A stretch of 64,000 bases of DNA from Nannocystis bainbridge (GCF_028368995.1 NZ_JAQNDL010000001.1:1152001-1216000), one strand, 5' to 3'; shown: positions 11,201-21,177, counted from the stretch's first letter. Notes: generated by a model not told the origin, from the sequence alone. Numbers and translations are program-made.

Positions 11201-11551
11201 CCGAACAAGCTGTGCGTCCCCCGCCTGCTCGGCCTGCAGCAGCTCAACAGGCACGCGGCGGCGTTGAGCGCCGGGCTCGGCGAACTGGACATCCCCACGA
11301 ATGAGCGACGCTCGACACCTCCCCGGTTCGACCCCGCCTGGTTCGATAGACTCCCCGAACGCCTGCAGGAGCTCGAACGAGCTGCCGCCACCTGGGCCTG
11401 GGCCGTCCATCTCTGGCGCCGGGGCGAGACCATGACCTACAGAACCATGCGCGCGCTCAGCCGCATCGAGCCGCTCGCCCGCAGGAGCTTCGACTACTGG
11501 CTCAATTCCTGGGACCGTATCGACCCCCAAAAATCCGGAGACCACCGATGA
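8210..11551 (+). CDS. DruH-like protein (STY4851/ECs_5259-like), 1113 aa
   Basis: GGAG RBS before the ATG. Contains WG...RRFLGTLIRQSG, then a long beta-rich body. Stop overlaps the helicase start (ATGA). Size and context fit type III Druantia; identity is inferred mainly from context. Confidence 0.65.
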   Translation: MKAIHDLLHLLNNLRERIGGDSLGRVALDKREERELHAGVSRGFELGLSRLDAASRKRWGAAALLLGARALRAAAEGPFSYDRISAHVSLWPRHLDQPQYNALEDGAKLWGIEIMRVVTARGPQRRFLGTLIRQSGAGWVLLEKLAALVARQQLWDWIVSTELETIAAWIDLHARRTLGERVERALDEETREALAARLQDLANVRALLGQNATPEAALQTFGANELAAALDAPSTDATRRMLEHLCPSSDDEACGAPRWQWHLDGRGYERAVIALPQRLRPPDDLPLEVHEFRVQLLDDLQPRSALYVRVHGRDGRRDLFEHREGPRIRLPRNLQAQLLAQFRDGRDTGEVVVAELAVPTAPIAVFDAERGRLLRHPRAGTRVALVLAPGWRLHAPAGFLPGGKEPLEAWIGTMSDHDLACELSGPDDETQSWTLSATPPPLELTLTNAVPGLRLAHAPVVCGAPEFRSNIMRGKGTCTVRRNGESLGSLQVVVRGGRLKLSSASPSTLDWPQTGVFSLDFSLRSHTCTERVAVLPADTRAEVLGGPGGTTAALSGPTLHARLRTLSPDLPTQEGKGRLTLSPVVRGQVVLHCELAGTPWLGVWRLFARPQIMEVVDTEGAVRDGEDDLSALRSGGGLRVYGEPRTIVQLQIEDERWSLRLSPNGERVFPFREIPSAMLQRMAEQKQVEQLRIHVRWPDHSEQKRAFAIPHNKKPLVRIVPGEDGAPPRLRVAWSRRPPGEVHIEAVRAWQPWAPSVSLPAQAATWPDLDGKAGYEAEAPLEPGSYQVALFSGERQLSGATLVFCPDGTLPPPPPHFSRLEAELWDNPDIRKLPPLLDQWSEEGKDEMYLPGLLRNLTRVGIKWFRIAEILPEITGSWRLETLLREDPSALDSLITDYYEQTGLAWMFVRDRDLECVAGRLYMHGSGAANKLLACVAELDAGLLCAAARAWGHLLSFEGQHRDQTIELQRQLNAYKEPRRISPDERAWLTEPDLEPDPNKLCVPRLLGLQQLNRHAAALSAGLGELDIPTNERRSTPPRFDPAWFDRLPERLQELERAAATWAWAVHLWRRGETMTYRTMRALSRIEPLARRSFDYWLNSWDRIDPQKSGDHR

Positions 11552-14500
11552 ACTCGTCCGCGACACGACCACACTACCAGTTCGACGCATTCGGCGCCCA
11601 GCGCAAGCTACGCGAGCGGCTGGCCGATTTCTTGCTCGACAGCTTCAACGTCCGGGACCCCGAGCTCGCCCACCGCCTGCACCGCGACTGGGCCACCTCG
11701 ACGCGGCAATCTGACCGCCTGTTCGCGCCGATGCTCGTGCAGGGGGCCTTCCCCTTCCCGCCCGACAAGACCCCCGTCGACCTCCAGTCTCCCAGCCTCA
11801 GCGCGCGAGACCCCGAGCGCCCGCTCCACCCGCGCACCATCAAGCTCCTGGCCGCCGCCGGCATCGATTACCCCCTCTATAAGCACCAGGTCGAGACGAT
11901 CCGGCACGCCGCCGCCGGCAAGACCGTCATCCTCTCCGCGGGCACGGGCAGCGGAAAGACCGAGTCGTTCTTGATCCCCGTGATCGACCGCCTGTTCTGG
12001 GACCACGAGCTCGGGCTCGATGACATCTCTCAGCCCGGAATCCGCGCGATGATTATCTACCCGCTCAACGCCCTGGTCAACAACCAGGTCGAACGGATCC
12101 TCGAGCTCCTCCGCGACGAGGCCGACCTCACCTTCGCGTTCTACACCAGCCGCTTGAAGGAGTCGCGGACCGCCGCCGAGCGGCAATATCACAACCTCGG
12201 GCGCGAGGTGCCCCCCGATTGTCAGATCATCGACCGCAAGTCCCTGCGGGGCCTCGGCGACGCCGGCAAGTCGCGGCAGGGCCCGCCGCACATCCTCGTC
12301 ACCAACTTCTCGATGCTCGAGTACATGCTGATCCGGCCCCTGGATCACAGCATCTTTCGCCACATCATGTACGATGGGCGGCCGCGCCTGCGGGCGATCG
12401 TCCTCGACGAGGCCCACGTGTACGCCGGCGCCCAGGCCGCCGAGATCCACATGCTCCTGCGCCGCGCCGCGCTGCGCTTCGGCACCCACCTCGAAGACAT
12501 CCAGGGCTACGCGACGTCCGCGACCCTCGGCGGCGACGACGAGGGCAAGACCCTGCACAAATTGGCGGCCGACATGTTCTCGAGCCCGCGCGAGCGGGTC
12601 GCGTCCATCGTCGGCCACCGCTACCTGCCCTCGGAAGGCAGCCCCGTCCGAACCGACCTCGGCCCCCTGCAGATCCCCGACGCCCCGCCCGACGCCCCCC
12701 CGCTGGTGCCCGAAGACCTCCAGACCGTCCATTTCGACGCGAAGGGTAACCCCGACGATTTGGTCCGCGACGACGCCGCCGCGCACAAGGCCGCAAGAGC
12801 CTGCGTCGAGCTCGGCCTCGCTACAGCCGACGAGATTCCCGGACTCGTGGCGAAGTCGGAGTCCCGTCCCGCACTCTTGCTGCACCACGTCCTCTCGCGC
12901 CACCCGGGCCTCGTCGAGTTGCGCCGCTGGCTGTTCGAGGGCGACGGCGGCGGCGAAAAGCATGAGACCCGCTATCTGCACGAGGTCGTCCACAAGCTCT
13001 TCCCCACCGCCAGCGCCAGCGCAGGCGCCGAGCGGGCCACCTACGCGCTGCTGCAGCTCGGCTCCCTCGCCCGGCTCACCGCCAAGAGGCACCCGTACAT
13101 CCCTGCGCGCATGCACCTGTTCGTCCGCACCCCTGCCGGCGTGTGGGTCAAGCCCAAGCGCGACGGCGCGGACTCACCGACCTGGCCGTGGGGCTCGCTG
13201 ACGACCCAGCCCCCCGCCGAGATTGCCGAGGATGACCCATGGCTCCGGCTGTACCTCTGCCGGAGCTGCGGCTGCCCCATGCTGCGCGTGTGGGAGAAGG
13301 CCGGCGCGGTCCAGGCCCCACTGCTGTTCGCTACCCCGGCCTCGCAGGGGACCGTGAAGATGGCTCACTTTAGCTCCGACACCTCGCGTCGGCTCCCCGA
13401 CTCGTGGGGCGGACAGCCCGTCGACCTGGTGCCAGTGATCGCCGGCGACGACGATCGCTACGAATCGCTGGCGCTCGACCGCTGCCCACATTGCAAGATC
13501 GAAAAGGCCGAGCTCGAAGACCTCCAGCTCCCCGCCCGCGCCGCGCTGCCGGCTCTGGTCGACGGGATCTATCCGAGCCTCGGCGAGATCCCGCAATCCT
13601 CCGATACTCTCCCAGGCGGAGGCCGGCGCATGCTCGCCTTCTCGGACAGTCGGCAGGGCGCCGCACGCCTCGCCGTCGAGATCGAGCGCACGCACGACAT
13701 CGGCGTCAATCGCCAGCTCCTGTGGCGACTCCTGGCCACGCTCGGCCCTGAGAGCGACGACGGGCAGGTCAAGTTCAGCGACCTCCACGCGGCCCTCGTG
13801 GCCGACCCCTCACTACGCCAGCGCGCCGAGGCGAGCGCAGTCGAGGACGCCCCCGACGACGATTTCCTGCACAACCTCGCCACCGTCTCGATCTTCGAGG
13901 AATTGTCGACCCCCCCGGTGACCCGCGGCAACACGCTCGAGCTCCTCGGATTGGTGGAGGTGTCCTACCCGGGGCTCCGTCAGCTCAAGCTCCCGACCGA
14001 GCTGCGCGGCGCCCTGTCCGAGGCGGCCTGGCACGATCTGCTGGCGACCGTCCTCGACTACGCCCGCTCTCGCGGCGCCGTCAAGCGAGAGAGCCTCCGC
14101 TCCGAGTTCTCCGGCAAGTCCGACTCGCTGTATGACCTCCTGCCCCTGCCGCATAAGGACCGATTTATCGTCCTCGCCAGCAAGCAGCAGGGCGTCCAGC
14201 GCCAGCGCACCGCGGCCCCGCCCTCCGATGAATCGGACCGGACCATCCCGCTCCATTCGACGCAAGGCCGGCTCCTCAACTTCGCGCGACGACTGCACGA
14301 GCGCCATCCGCTCCCCGTCGACGCCGAAGCGCTCCTGCGCGCCGTCTGGGACGCCCTGCTGGCCGGGGCGGAGAACCCGGTCTGCAAGCGCTGGCTGAAA
14401 AAAAGCGCCGCCGGGCCGGGCACCGGCAGTGAGACGGGCTTGCAGATCGATCTGAAGCACCTGCAGTTCAAGGCCCACCTCGACGGACCTCCCTTCATCG

Positions 14501-17500
14501 AGCCGGTCACTGGCCGGCTGCAATTCCGCAGCGTCCTCGGCGTCAGCCCTCAGCCGGACAACCCTCACCCGCTGCGCCCGCTCGACGACGAGGAGCGCCA
14601 GCGCTGGGCCAGCCGTCACGCCGTCCGCCGCGTCCGCGATCACCAGCTCCTCGGCCTGTGGAGCGTCGAGCACACCGCCCAGCTCGAGGTCGACGAGCTC
14701 GAGGAGCAGGAGCGCAAGTTCCGCGAGGGCAAGCGCAACTTCATGTCGTCGTCGACGACGATGGAGATGGGCATCGACCTCGGCGGCCTCACCCTGGTCC
14801 TGCTCGCCAACGTCCCGCCGGGCCCCGCCAACTACTGGCAGCGAGGCGGCCGCGCCGGGCGCCGCACCGACGGCTCTTCTCTCGTCCTGACGCTCGCCCA
14901 ACCTCGCCCCCATGACCAGCGCGTGTTCGCCGAGCCCCGCGCCTTCCTCGAGCGGCCGATCGTGCCCCCGCAGGTGCGCCTCGACTCCCGCGCGCTCCTC
15001 CTGCGACACGTCAACGCGTTCCTACTCGCCGAATTCTTCCGCGCCGTCGTTGTCCCTCAGGGCGGCGGCAACCCACTGCGCGCTTTCGGCTACGTCGGAG
15101 AATTCATCCTCGATCCGGCCCCCCACCACGCCGTCGCGGCCGCGCTCCGCGACCGACTGGCAATCGACAAGGATGAGACGCTCGCGGACGTCTTCCTACG
15201 CTGGCTCGATCTCCTGCCGGCCGACGAGCCCCTTATGCAGGTGGTCTGCGAGCGCCTCATCGTCGGGACCTGCCTCGCCAACGAACCCCTCGAGGCCCTC
15301 GTGCGCGTCTGCGCCGCCGCGTTCACCCACGCCCGCGACCGCGCCCGCCGGGAGGAGTCGGTGCTCAAGCAGCAAGAGCAGCGCGAACGCGATCTCGGCG
15401 AGGGCAAGCGCGACGACAAGTACCTGCGCCTGCTGGAGCGGCAGAAGAAGCACCTCGCGCGCGAGCCGCTGCTGTCTTACCTGGTCCGCAACGACTTCTT
15501 GCCGCGCTTCGGCTTCCCGATCGAGGTCGTCCGCCTCGATACGACCTACAAGGTCTCCTGGCGCGACGACGATGATGTCCACCCGGACGAGGACGGCGCC
15601 GCGCTGCGGATGGAGCGAAGCCTCGACCTCGCGCTGTCCGAGTACGCCCCAGGCGGGGAAGTCATCGCCAAGAAGCGGGTCCACCGCGTCGCCGGCCTCG
15701 TGCCGAACTGGCTCGCCGAGGAAGCGGGCCCGGCCACTCGCCGCTACTTCAGCGAATGCTCGCAGTGCCACTTCGTCACGTTCGAGGACAATACGCAGCC
15801 GCAGCAGTGTGAAGTCTGCGAGCACAAAACCGAGTCCTTCCTGGAATTCCTCGACCGCAGCGCGCGCATGAGCAGCAAGAAGGCCGCCAAGGAGCGCGCC
15901 GACGCCGGCGACGAGGAGGCGGACGGCACGCCGCAACCGAGCCCGGTCCGTAGCTACCTCGTGCCGGCCGGCTTCGCCGTGAAGTTCGGCAAGGGCCCCC
16001 GCCGGCTAGCGGGCAGCGTCAAGCGCATGCCGGCTCCCAAGGCGACGATCGGGCCCAGCCACAGCCCGCCGTCCGAGATCATCGCCGGCGCCCTCGCCAT
16101 GGGCTTCACGCCGAAGTCCTCGCTGTTCATCCGCTCCGAGGGGCAGGTCGCGTACACCTCCCGGTCGGTCGGCACCCGCTACGGCTTCGGATACCGCATC
16201 TGCCAGGCATGCGGGCTCGCGGCCCCGGAGAAGGACTGGGACAAGCAGCCTCCGGGCGAATACCGTGGCCATGAGTTGCTGCGGTGGACGCGGAAGTGCG
16301 AGCACGGAGACCGATCCTGGGTTCACGAGGTGCTCGGGATCCAGCAGAGCGTCGACGCCTACCGCGTGCGCCTCCTCGGCGACCTCGCGCCGCCCACCAG
16401 CGGGTTCAGCGACGCAGAGAAGTTCTTCTTGTCGCTGGCGGTCTGCATGCAGCAAGCAGCCGCCGAAAAGCTCGCGGTCGACCCCCGCGTGCTGCAACCG
16501 ACGATAGCGACGTATCGCGACGACCTCGGTCAAGCGGGGACGGAGGCGGTGATCTATGACAGCTCCGGCTCGGGGCTCCTCGCGCACCTCGACGAAGAGC
16601 CCCTGGGCCTGATCCAAAAGGTCTGCGAATTGCTCGATACCCGCGATTTCGCGGCGTTCGTCCAGTTCGACAATCAGTTCCTCGTCGAGCAGGGACGGCT
16701 CGACATCCACTGGCTGCGCCGCCACCTGATCGAGGACGAGGGCCGACGCGTGCGGCTGATGAAGGGCAGCGCGATGTTTGAGCGGGAGGGCGCCGCCCCG
16801 CTGCGGGGCATGACGCCGCGCATGGCAGCCCAGAACCTCATCGACGACGACGCCCTCACAGTGTCTCTCCAGGCCGCCGAGCTCGACGAGTCCGCGTTCG
16901 AGCCCGGCCAGGTCCTGCGCGCCGTGTGGGCCCGCGCCGTCCGTGGCTCGCAGCGAGCGGGGCGTGTGCGGCTCCAGATCGGCCGACTCCCTGAACTGCG
17001 CGGCGACCCCGGGCAACTGCTCCTGGCGAGCCGTCTGGCCCAGCTTGTCGAGCTCGGCGTCGAGCTCGCCCACGTCTCTTCCACCGCGCTCCCACCGCTG
17101 GAAGAGGACTGCTGGAACGTCCTCGCCCGCTCGCCTCGCGGCGTTCGTGTGCTCGGGGGTATGAGCACCAGCGGCGACACGCTGGGCGCGTGGAAGGGCC
17201 CGGCCTTCGGCCGCGCCTGGCTCAAGGACGGCTTCGCCGTCGAGAGTGCGCAGGAGCTCGCGGCCAAGCTGGCGTGGGAGCAGTTCGAGGAGCGCTGGAG
17301 CCGCGCGAGCCTCGTGTCCGCCGACGCCCTCCGCCCGGGCCCGGAGCAGCGCCAGTGGGTGCTCGTGATCCCCGGCGGGGACACCTCCCCCGAGGCCACG
17401 AACATCTCCGCGATCCTCGAAGACCGCACCGGATTGGGCCGCCTCGCCGAGCTCGGCGAGGTTACGTCCGTGACCTACCGCGACCGCTACATCGAACGCA

Positions 17501-17940
17501 GCGCGGTTGCGATGTGGACGCTGGATCGCCTCCTGAACCTGTTCCGCTACGCAGACGGGGCGCGAGGAGAAGTTCACTGCTTGGAGCCCAACCGCGCTGG
17601 AGGGCTCACCACCTCGGTGGACCAGGTCCTGGGCGCACGGACGCCCCCAGACGACCTGGATCGCGCCACCGCCATGAAGTTTCGGGAGTGGTGCGAGCAA
17701 AGGAGCCAAGGGCGGAAGTTGCAGCTGAAGTTCAGGCACCGGCGAGCCGCCCACGAAATCGGACATCAGCGGAAACTAGAGGTCGCGTTCAAGCCCGGCG
17801 GCCAGCTGTCCCGCATCGTGGCTCTGTTCGATCATGGCCTGGATTGGGTCCGCCCCATTGATGGCCGGAATACTCAGCCCTGGACCAGGCAACCCATGAG
17901 AGCAGAGGCCTCGCACATCGTCGTCCTAGCGCTCCCATAG
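11548..17940 (+). CDS. druE: DruE-like SF2 DEAD/DEAH helicase with DUF1998-like region, 2130 aa
   Basis: AGTGSGKTESF, YPLNALVNNQ, TNFSMLEYMLIRP, LDEAHVY, TSATLG, FSDSRQGAA, EHTAQL, STTMEMGIDLG, NYWQRGGRAGRR, LPRFGFP, LALSEYAPGGEV and several CxxC pairs. Confidence 0.85.
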   Translation: MNSSATRPHYQFDAFGAQRKLRERLADFLLDSFNVRDPELAHRLHRDWATSTRQSDRLFAPMLVQGAFPFPPDKTPVDLQSPSLSARDPERPLHPRTIKLLAAAGIDYPLYKHQVETIRHAAAGKTVILSAGTGSGKTESFLIPVIDRLFWDHELGLDDISQPGIRAMIIYPLNALVNNQVERILELLRDEADLTFAFYTSRLKESRTAAERQYHNLGREVPPDCQIIDRKSLRGLGDAGKSRQGPPHILVTNFSMLEYMLIRPLDHSIFRHIMYDGRPRLRAIVLDEAHVYAGAQAAEIHMLLRRAALRFGTHLEDIQGYATSATLGGDDEGKTLHKLAADMFSSPRERVASIVGHRYLPSEGSPVRTDLGPLQIPDAPPDAPPLVPEDLQTVHFDAKGNPDDLVRDDAAAHKAARACVELGLATADEIPGLVAKSESRPALLLHHVLSRHPGLVELRRWLFEGDGGGEKHETRYLHEVVHKLFPTASASAGAERATYALLQLGSLARLTAKRHPYIPARMHLFVRTPAGVWVKPKRDGADSPTWPWGSLTTQPPAEIAEDDPWLRLYLCRSCGCPMLRVWEKAGAVQAPLLFATPASQGTVKMAHFSSDTSRRLPDSWGGQPVDLVPVIAGDDDRYESLALDRCPHCKIEKAELEDLQLPARAALPALVDGIYPSLGEIPQSSDTLPGGGRRMLAFSDSRQGAARLAVEIERTHDIGVNRQLLWRLLATLGPESDDGQVKFSDLHAALVADPSLRQRAEASAVEDAPDDDFLHNLATVSIFEELSTPPVTRGNTLELLGLVEVSYPGLRQLKLPTELRGALSEAAWHDLLATVLDYARSRGAVKRESLRSEFSGKSDSLYDLLPLPHKDRFIVLASKQQGVQRQRTAAPPSDESDRTIPLHSTQGRLLNFARRLHERHPLPVDAEALLRAVWDALLAGAENPVCKRWLKKSAAGPGTGSETGLQIDLKHLQFKAHLDGPPFIEPVTGRLQFRSVLGVSPQPDNPHPLRPLDDEERQRWASRHAVRRVRDHQLLGLWSVEHTAQLEVDELEEQERKFREGKRNFMSSSTTMEMGIDLGGLTLVLLANVPPGPANYWQRGGRAGRRTDGSSLVLTLAQPRPHDQRVFAEPRAFLERPIVPPQVRLDSRALLLRHVNAFLLAEFFRAVVVPQGGGNPLRAFGYVGEFILDPAPHHAVAAALRDRLAIDKDETLADVFLRWLDLLPADEPLMQVVCERLIVGTCLANEPLEALVRVCAAAFTHARDRARREESVLKQQEQRERDLGEGKRDDKYLRLLERQKKHLAREPLLSYLVRNDFLPRFGFPIEVVRLDTTYKVSWRDDDDVHPDEDGAALRMERSLDLALSEYAPGGEVIAKKRVHRVAGLVPNWLAEEAGPATRRYFSECSQCHFVTFEDNTQPQQCEVCEHKTESFLEFLDRSARMSSKKAAKERADAGDEEADGTPQPSPVRSYLVPAGFAVKFGKGPRRLAGSVKRMPAPKATIGPSHSPPSEIIAGALAMGFTPKSSLFIRSEGQVAYTSRSVGTRYGFGYRICQACGLAAPEKDWDKQPPGEYRGHELLRWTRKCEHGDRSWVHEVLGIQQSVDAYRVRLLGDLAPPTSGFSDAEKFFLSLAVCMQQAAAEKLAVDPRVLQPTIATYRDDLGQAGTEAVIYDSSGSGLLAHLDEEPLGLIQKVCELLDTRDFAAFVQFDNQFLVEQGRLDIHWLRRHLIEDEGRRVRLMKGSAMFEREGAAPLRGMTPRMAAQNLIDDDALTVSLQAAELDESAFEPGQVLRAVWARAVRGSQRAGRVRLQIGRLPELRGDPGQLLLASRLAQLVELGVELAHVSSTALPPLEEDCWNVLARSPRGVRVLGGMSTSGDTLGAWKGPAFGRAWLKDGFAVESAQELAAKLAWEQFEERWSRASLVSADALRPGPEQRQWVLVIPGGDTSPEATNISAILEDRTGLGRLAELGEVTSVTYRDRYIERSAVAMWTLDRLLNLFRYADGARGEVHCLEPNRAGGLTTSVDQVLGARTPPDDLDRATAMKFREWCEQRSQGRKLQLKFRHRRAAHEIGHQRKLEVAFKPGGQLSRIVALFDHGLDWVRPIDGRNTQPWTRQPMRAEASHIVVLALP

Positions 17941-18049
17941 CACAGCGTGGGCGAGAACGAGTTCGCGGAGAAGCCAATGCACTCCAGGGCGACGAGACCA
18001 CGAGAGCCAGAAGCAGGCACGCGCTCAAGACTGAACCCGGGCCCGCGCC

Positions 18050-18458
18050 CGCACCGACGCCGTCGACGCGGTGTGCCGCCTCGCCGAGGTCTCGAGGCCG
18101 GCGGCGCGCAGTTGTGCGCGCACCTGCTGCCGAGCGCGCGGGGCCTGGCCGACCTGCCCGGCGAGCTGTCGGCGTCGCTGTCGGCTCCCGACGCGCCGGG
18201 ACTCGACGACTGGGCCGCCGCGCACCAGGTCTCGCCAGCGACCGCGTGGCGGTGGTTCCACGCGCTCTACGCCGTCGCGCTGGCCCGCTACCGCGTCGGG
18301 TCGTCGAGGGCGACGAACCGCTGGCGACGATCGCCGCGACCGCCGGCTTCGCCGACCAGGCGCACATGACCCGCGACATCCGGGCGCTGACCGGCCGCAC
18401 GCCGGGCGAATGGCGGCGCGTCGGGATGCAACTTTCGTTCGAGACCGCCGCCGGGTGA
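18050..18458 (+). pseudogene. AraC-family regulator, truncated and frameshifted
   Basis: First HTH (WAAAHQVSPATAWRWF) and second HTH (LATIAATAGFADQAHMTRDIRALTGRTPGEWR) lie in different frames. Confidence 0.75.
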
Positions 18459-18476
18459 GCGTGCACTGTGCCGGGC

Positions 18477-18805
18477 ATGACCGCCTCTCGTGCCCCACCC
18501 GCGTTCCTCGCGTTCTCCGGCCTGCGTCTGCGCTTGTGGCCGCTCATCCTGGCCGCGCTGATCATGCAGCTGTGCCTGGTGCCCGCCCGCGAGCTGGTGC
18601 GCTGGCTGTTCCTCGAGGTCGGCCCGGGCGGGTGGGCCGATGACGCCGGGATGCTCTTATTCACGGCGATCATGCTGCAGGGCCTGTGCGGCCTGCTCAA
18701 CATCGCCGTGATGGGCCGCCTGCTGCCGCGGGCCGACCTGCACTGGCCGCCGGGCCTAAGCATGGTTGGCCTCGCCGCGGCGATCGGCGTGGTCATGGGG
18801 CTGGA
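18477..18805 (+). pseudogene. N-terminal fragment of a multi-TM membrane protein (possibly CPBP/Abi-type protease)
   Basis: Three hydrophobic helices, then an abrupt switch to non-coding-like sequence at about 18805. Confidence 0.5.
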
Positions 18806-18899
18806 GTTGCTCTTCGAAAGGCCTTTGTGGCACGGATTTCGCGCATCACCGCATCACCGCCGAACATCGGCAGGCCGTGGAAACCACAAATCAGCCACG

Positions 18900-19075
18900 G
18901 CAGTTTTGTAGCTTTGCCAAATTTTTGCCAAAACCCGGGCCACTCCGGGTCACACCGGTCCGCACCGGTAAATACAGAACCCCTCAGAACGCCCGAATTC
19001 GTGGGATTGCGACCCGGTCGGGGTCTGGGCGGGCGGCCTGAGGGGCCCAGGGCGAGTTCCTCTCCTATTATTTGC
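18900..19075. mobile_element. Putative att end of a tyrosine-recombinase element lying to the left
   Basis: TTTGCCAAA twice at 11-bp spacing (18913, 18924), about 10-bp-phased ccgg repeats, and an imperfect inverted repeat ccctcagaacgccc/gggcggcctgaggg abutting a 5'-truncated gene. Confidence 0.55.
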
Positions 19076-19833
19076 AGGCCATGGCCGACGCCGAGGCGCA
19101 GGAGGGGCACCGCATCGTCGACGTGCTCGACCTCCACTGGTACACCGAGGTCTACGCCGACGGCCAGCGCATCACCGGCGACGACAACTCGCCCGCCTCC
19201 GTCGAAGCCCGCGTGCAGGCCCCGCGCTCGCTGTGGGACGACACCTTCCACGAGGACAGCTGGATCGCCAACGACGTCCTCCAGGGCCCCGTGCGCCTGC
19301 TGCCGTGGCTCAGGGAGCGCATCGACGAGCACTACCCCGGCACCGGCCTCGGCTTCACAGAGTACAACTACGGCGGCGGCGGCCACATCTCCGGCGCCAT
19401 CGCCCAGGCCGACGTGCTCGGCATCTTCGGCCGCGAGGCCGTGACGATGGCCGCCTACTGGGCCCTGACCGATCAGACCTCGATGATCTGGGCCGCCTTC
19501 CGCGCCTTTACCAGCTACGACGGCCAGGGCGGCAAGTTCGGCGACACCTCGATCCACGCCGCGACCTCCGACGTCGCCGCCACCAGCGTCTACGCCAGCA
19601 CCGACGTCGCCGACCCCGCGCGCACCGTGATCGTCGCCATCAACAAGACCGCGGGCCCGCTGACCGCCGCGGTCAGCCTGGCCGCCTACGCCGACTACTC
19701 GAAGGTCGCCGTGTGGCAGCTGACCGGCCCGCAGCCCGAGCTGGTCGCCGGGGCGGATGTCTCGCTGGCCGCCACCAACGCGTTCCTCTACGCGATGCCG
19801 GCTTACAGCGTCAGCGTGCTCGTCCCGCAGTGA
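19045..19833 (+). pseudogene. Glycoside hydrolase family 44, C-terminal half only
   Basis: GEFLSYYLQAM...VDVLDLHWY...QAPRSLWD...SWI...YPGTGLGFTEYNYGG...AIAQADVLGIFGRE. The N-terminal half is absent. Confidence 0.85.
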
Positions 19834-20184
19834 ACGAGCGTCGAGGCACGACCGACGACCTCGTCGCCGGTCACGCCGCACGCTGTGGCACCACCAGCGG
19901 CAGATTCACCGGGGTGATGTACGTGACGGACGACTGCTCCTGGCATACCGAGTCCCTCAGCGAGGCGCCGGAGGAGCCGACACAAGGGCCGTAGCGGAGC
20001 GCGGCGGCCGGCCGTCGAAGAACTCCACGTCGTTGCCCACCACGGACGCTCATCACGCGAGCCGGAGCCCCCCGGGACTCGCAGTCGCGCGGCCTGCGGC
20101 GTGATGGTGATCGGTCAGTGTGCGACGAACCGCGTCGTGACCAGCTCGACCTCGAGGAGCTACCAAGCGTCTCGGAGGTTAGAG

Positions 20185-20503
20185 GTGGACGACGACGAGA
20201 ATTTCGAAGAGCGGGGAGCGCTGCTCGTGGGCCCGGAAGTGCCGAGACGCGGCAGGTTCACGCGGCGACGTCGCGTCCTACCTCACCACCGGGGCCGAAT
20301 CCGCGTTCGTGTGGTATTGGCCCAAGCGCGGCGACTGGGAGGCCAAGGAGTGCGTTGCCCGGCTCGCCGCCGCCTCGCTGCCACGCACGACGCCCGCCGA
20401 CGAGGTCGTGGCCGGCCTGCGCGCCCGCGGCCTCGACGAACGCGAAGCCCAGGCGGTCCAGCGCTGGCTCGGCCCCGACACGACGCTCCTGCTGCCGGCC
20501 TGA
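20185..20503 (+). pseudogene. Frameshifted hypothetical gene remnant
   Basis: VDDDENFEERGALL... continues in another frame as DVASYLTTGAESAFVWYWPKRGDWE... Confidence 0.35.
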
Positions 20504-20574
20504 TCGCAGCGCCGTCGAACCAGCACACGCCGGCGAGGACGCGAAGGCAGGGCGATTTGGTACAGTCCGCGCCC

Positions 20575-21108
20575 ATGTCGTTCGTGGTCCGTCCCTTCGC
20601 CGCCTGCCTCGCCGCGTTCGAGGCCCTCGAGCCTCTCAAGACCAGGGCCAAGAAGCATCGCCCCGTCACCCGACAGGATGCCGCGCACTACGCGTCGAGC
20701 GGCGCGTGGTCGCGCCACGATCTCTCCAAGTTCCCGAAGTCGGGGCCGCAGGAGTCGCTCCACCAGTTCGCGGACCTCGAGTTCTCCGGCATCACGGAGC
20801 TCGATGACGGACCTCGCTTCGTCCAGTGGGCGAACTTCGGCAACGCCGTCGGCACCTGGAACGCGGTCGACGACGACGGCTCGTGGCAATGCGTCCCCGG
20901 CGCGTGGATCGTGGCGCTCTGCGAGCTCGGGCGCGACGACGACGACTTCGGGAACACCCTCGACGTCGCCTTCGCGTGCTGGCGCGTCGAGGACGGCTAT
21001 GCGGTGATGATCACGCCGTACGGCGGCGCCGCGACCCGTATCCCTGCGGTCTCGGGCATCCCCTGGCCCGAGGCGTTCAAGGAGTCGCGGCTCTGGTACG
21101 GTGAGTAG
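20575..21108 (+). CDS. Hypothetical protein
   Basis: 177-aa ORF with protein-like, Trp-rich composition and GC3 bias. Confidence 0.6.
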   Translation: MSFVVRPFAACLAAFEALEPLKTRAKKHRPVTRQDAAHYASSGAWSRHDLSKFPKSGPQESLHQFADLEFSGITELDDGPRFVQWANFGNAVGTWNAVDDDGSWQCVPGAWIVALCELGRDDDDFGNTLDVAFACWRVEDGYAVMITPYGGAATRIPAVSGIPWPEAFKESRLWYGE

Positions 21109-21177
21109 TGCGCCGGGTGCTGCGATGCGGTCGCGGATCGCCGCGCGCACCCATGCACGGGCGCTGGCGGGGCCCGC

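Noticed and set aside
11548-17940. DISARM DrmA/DrmB assignment for the helicase
   Set aside because: It is a single 2130-aa protein with one large partner; no methyltransferase or other drm genes are adjacent.
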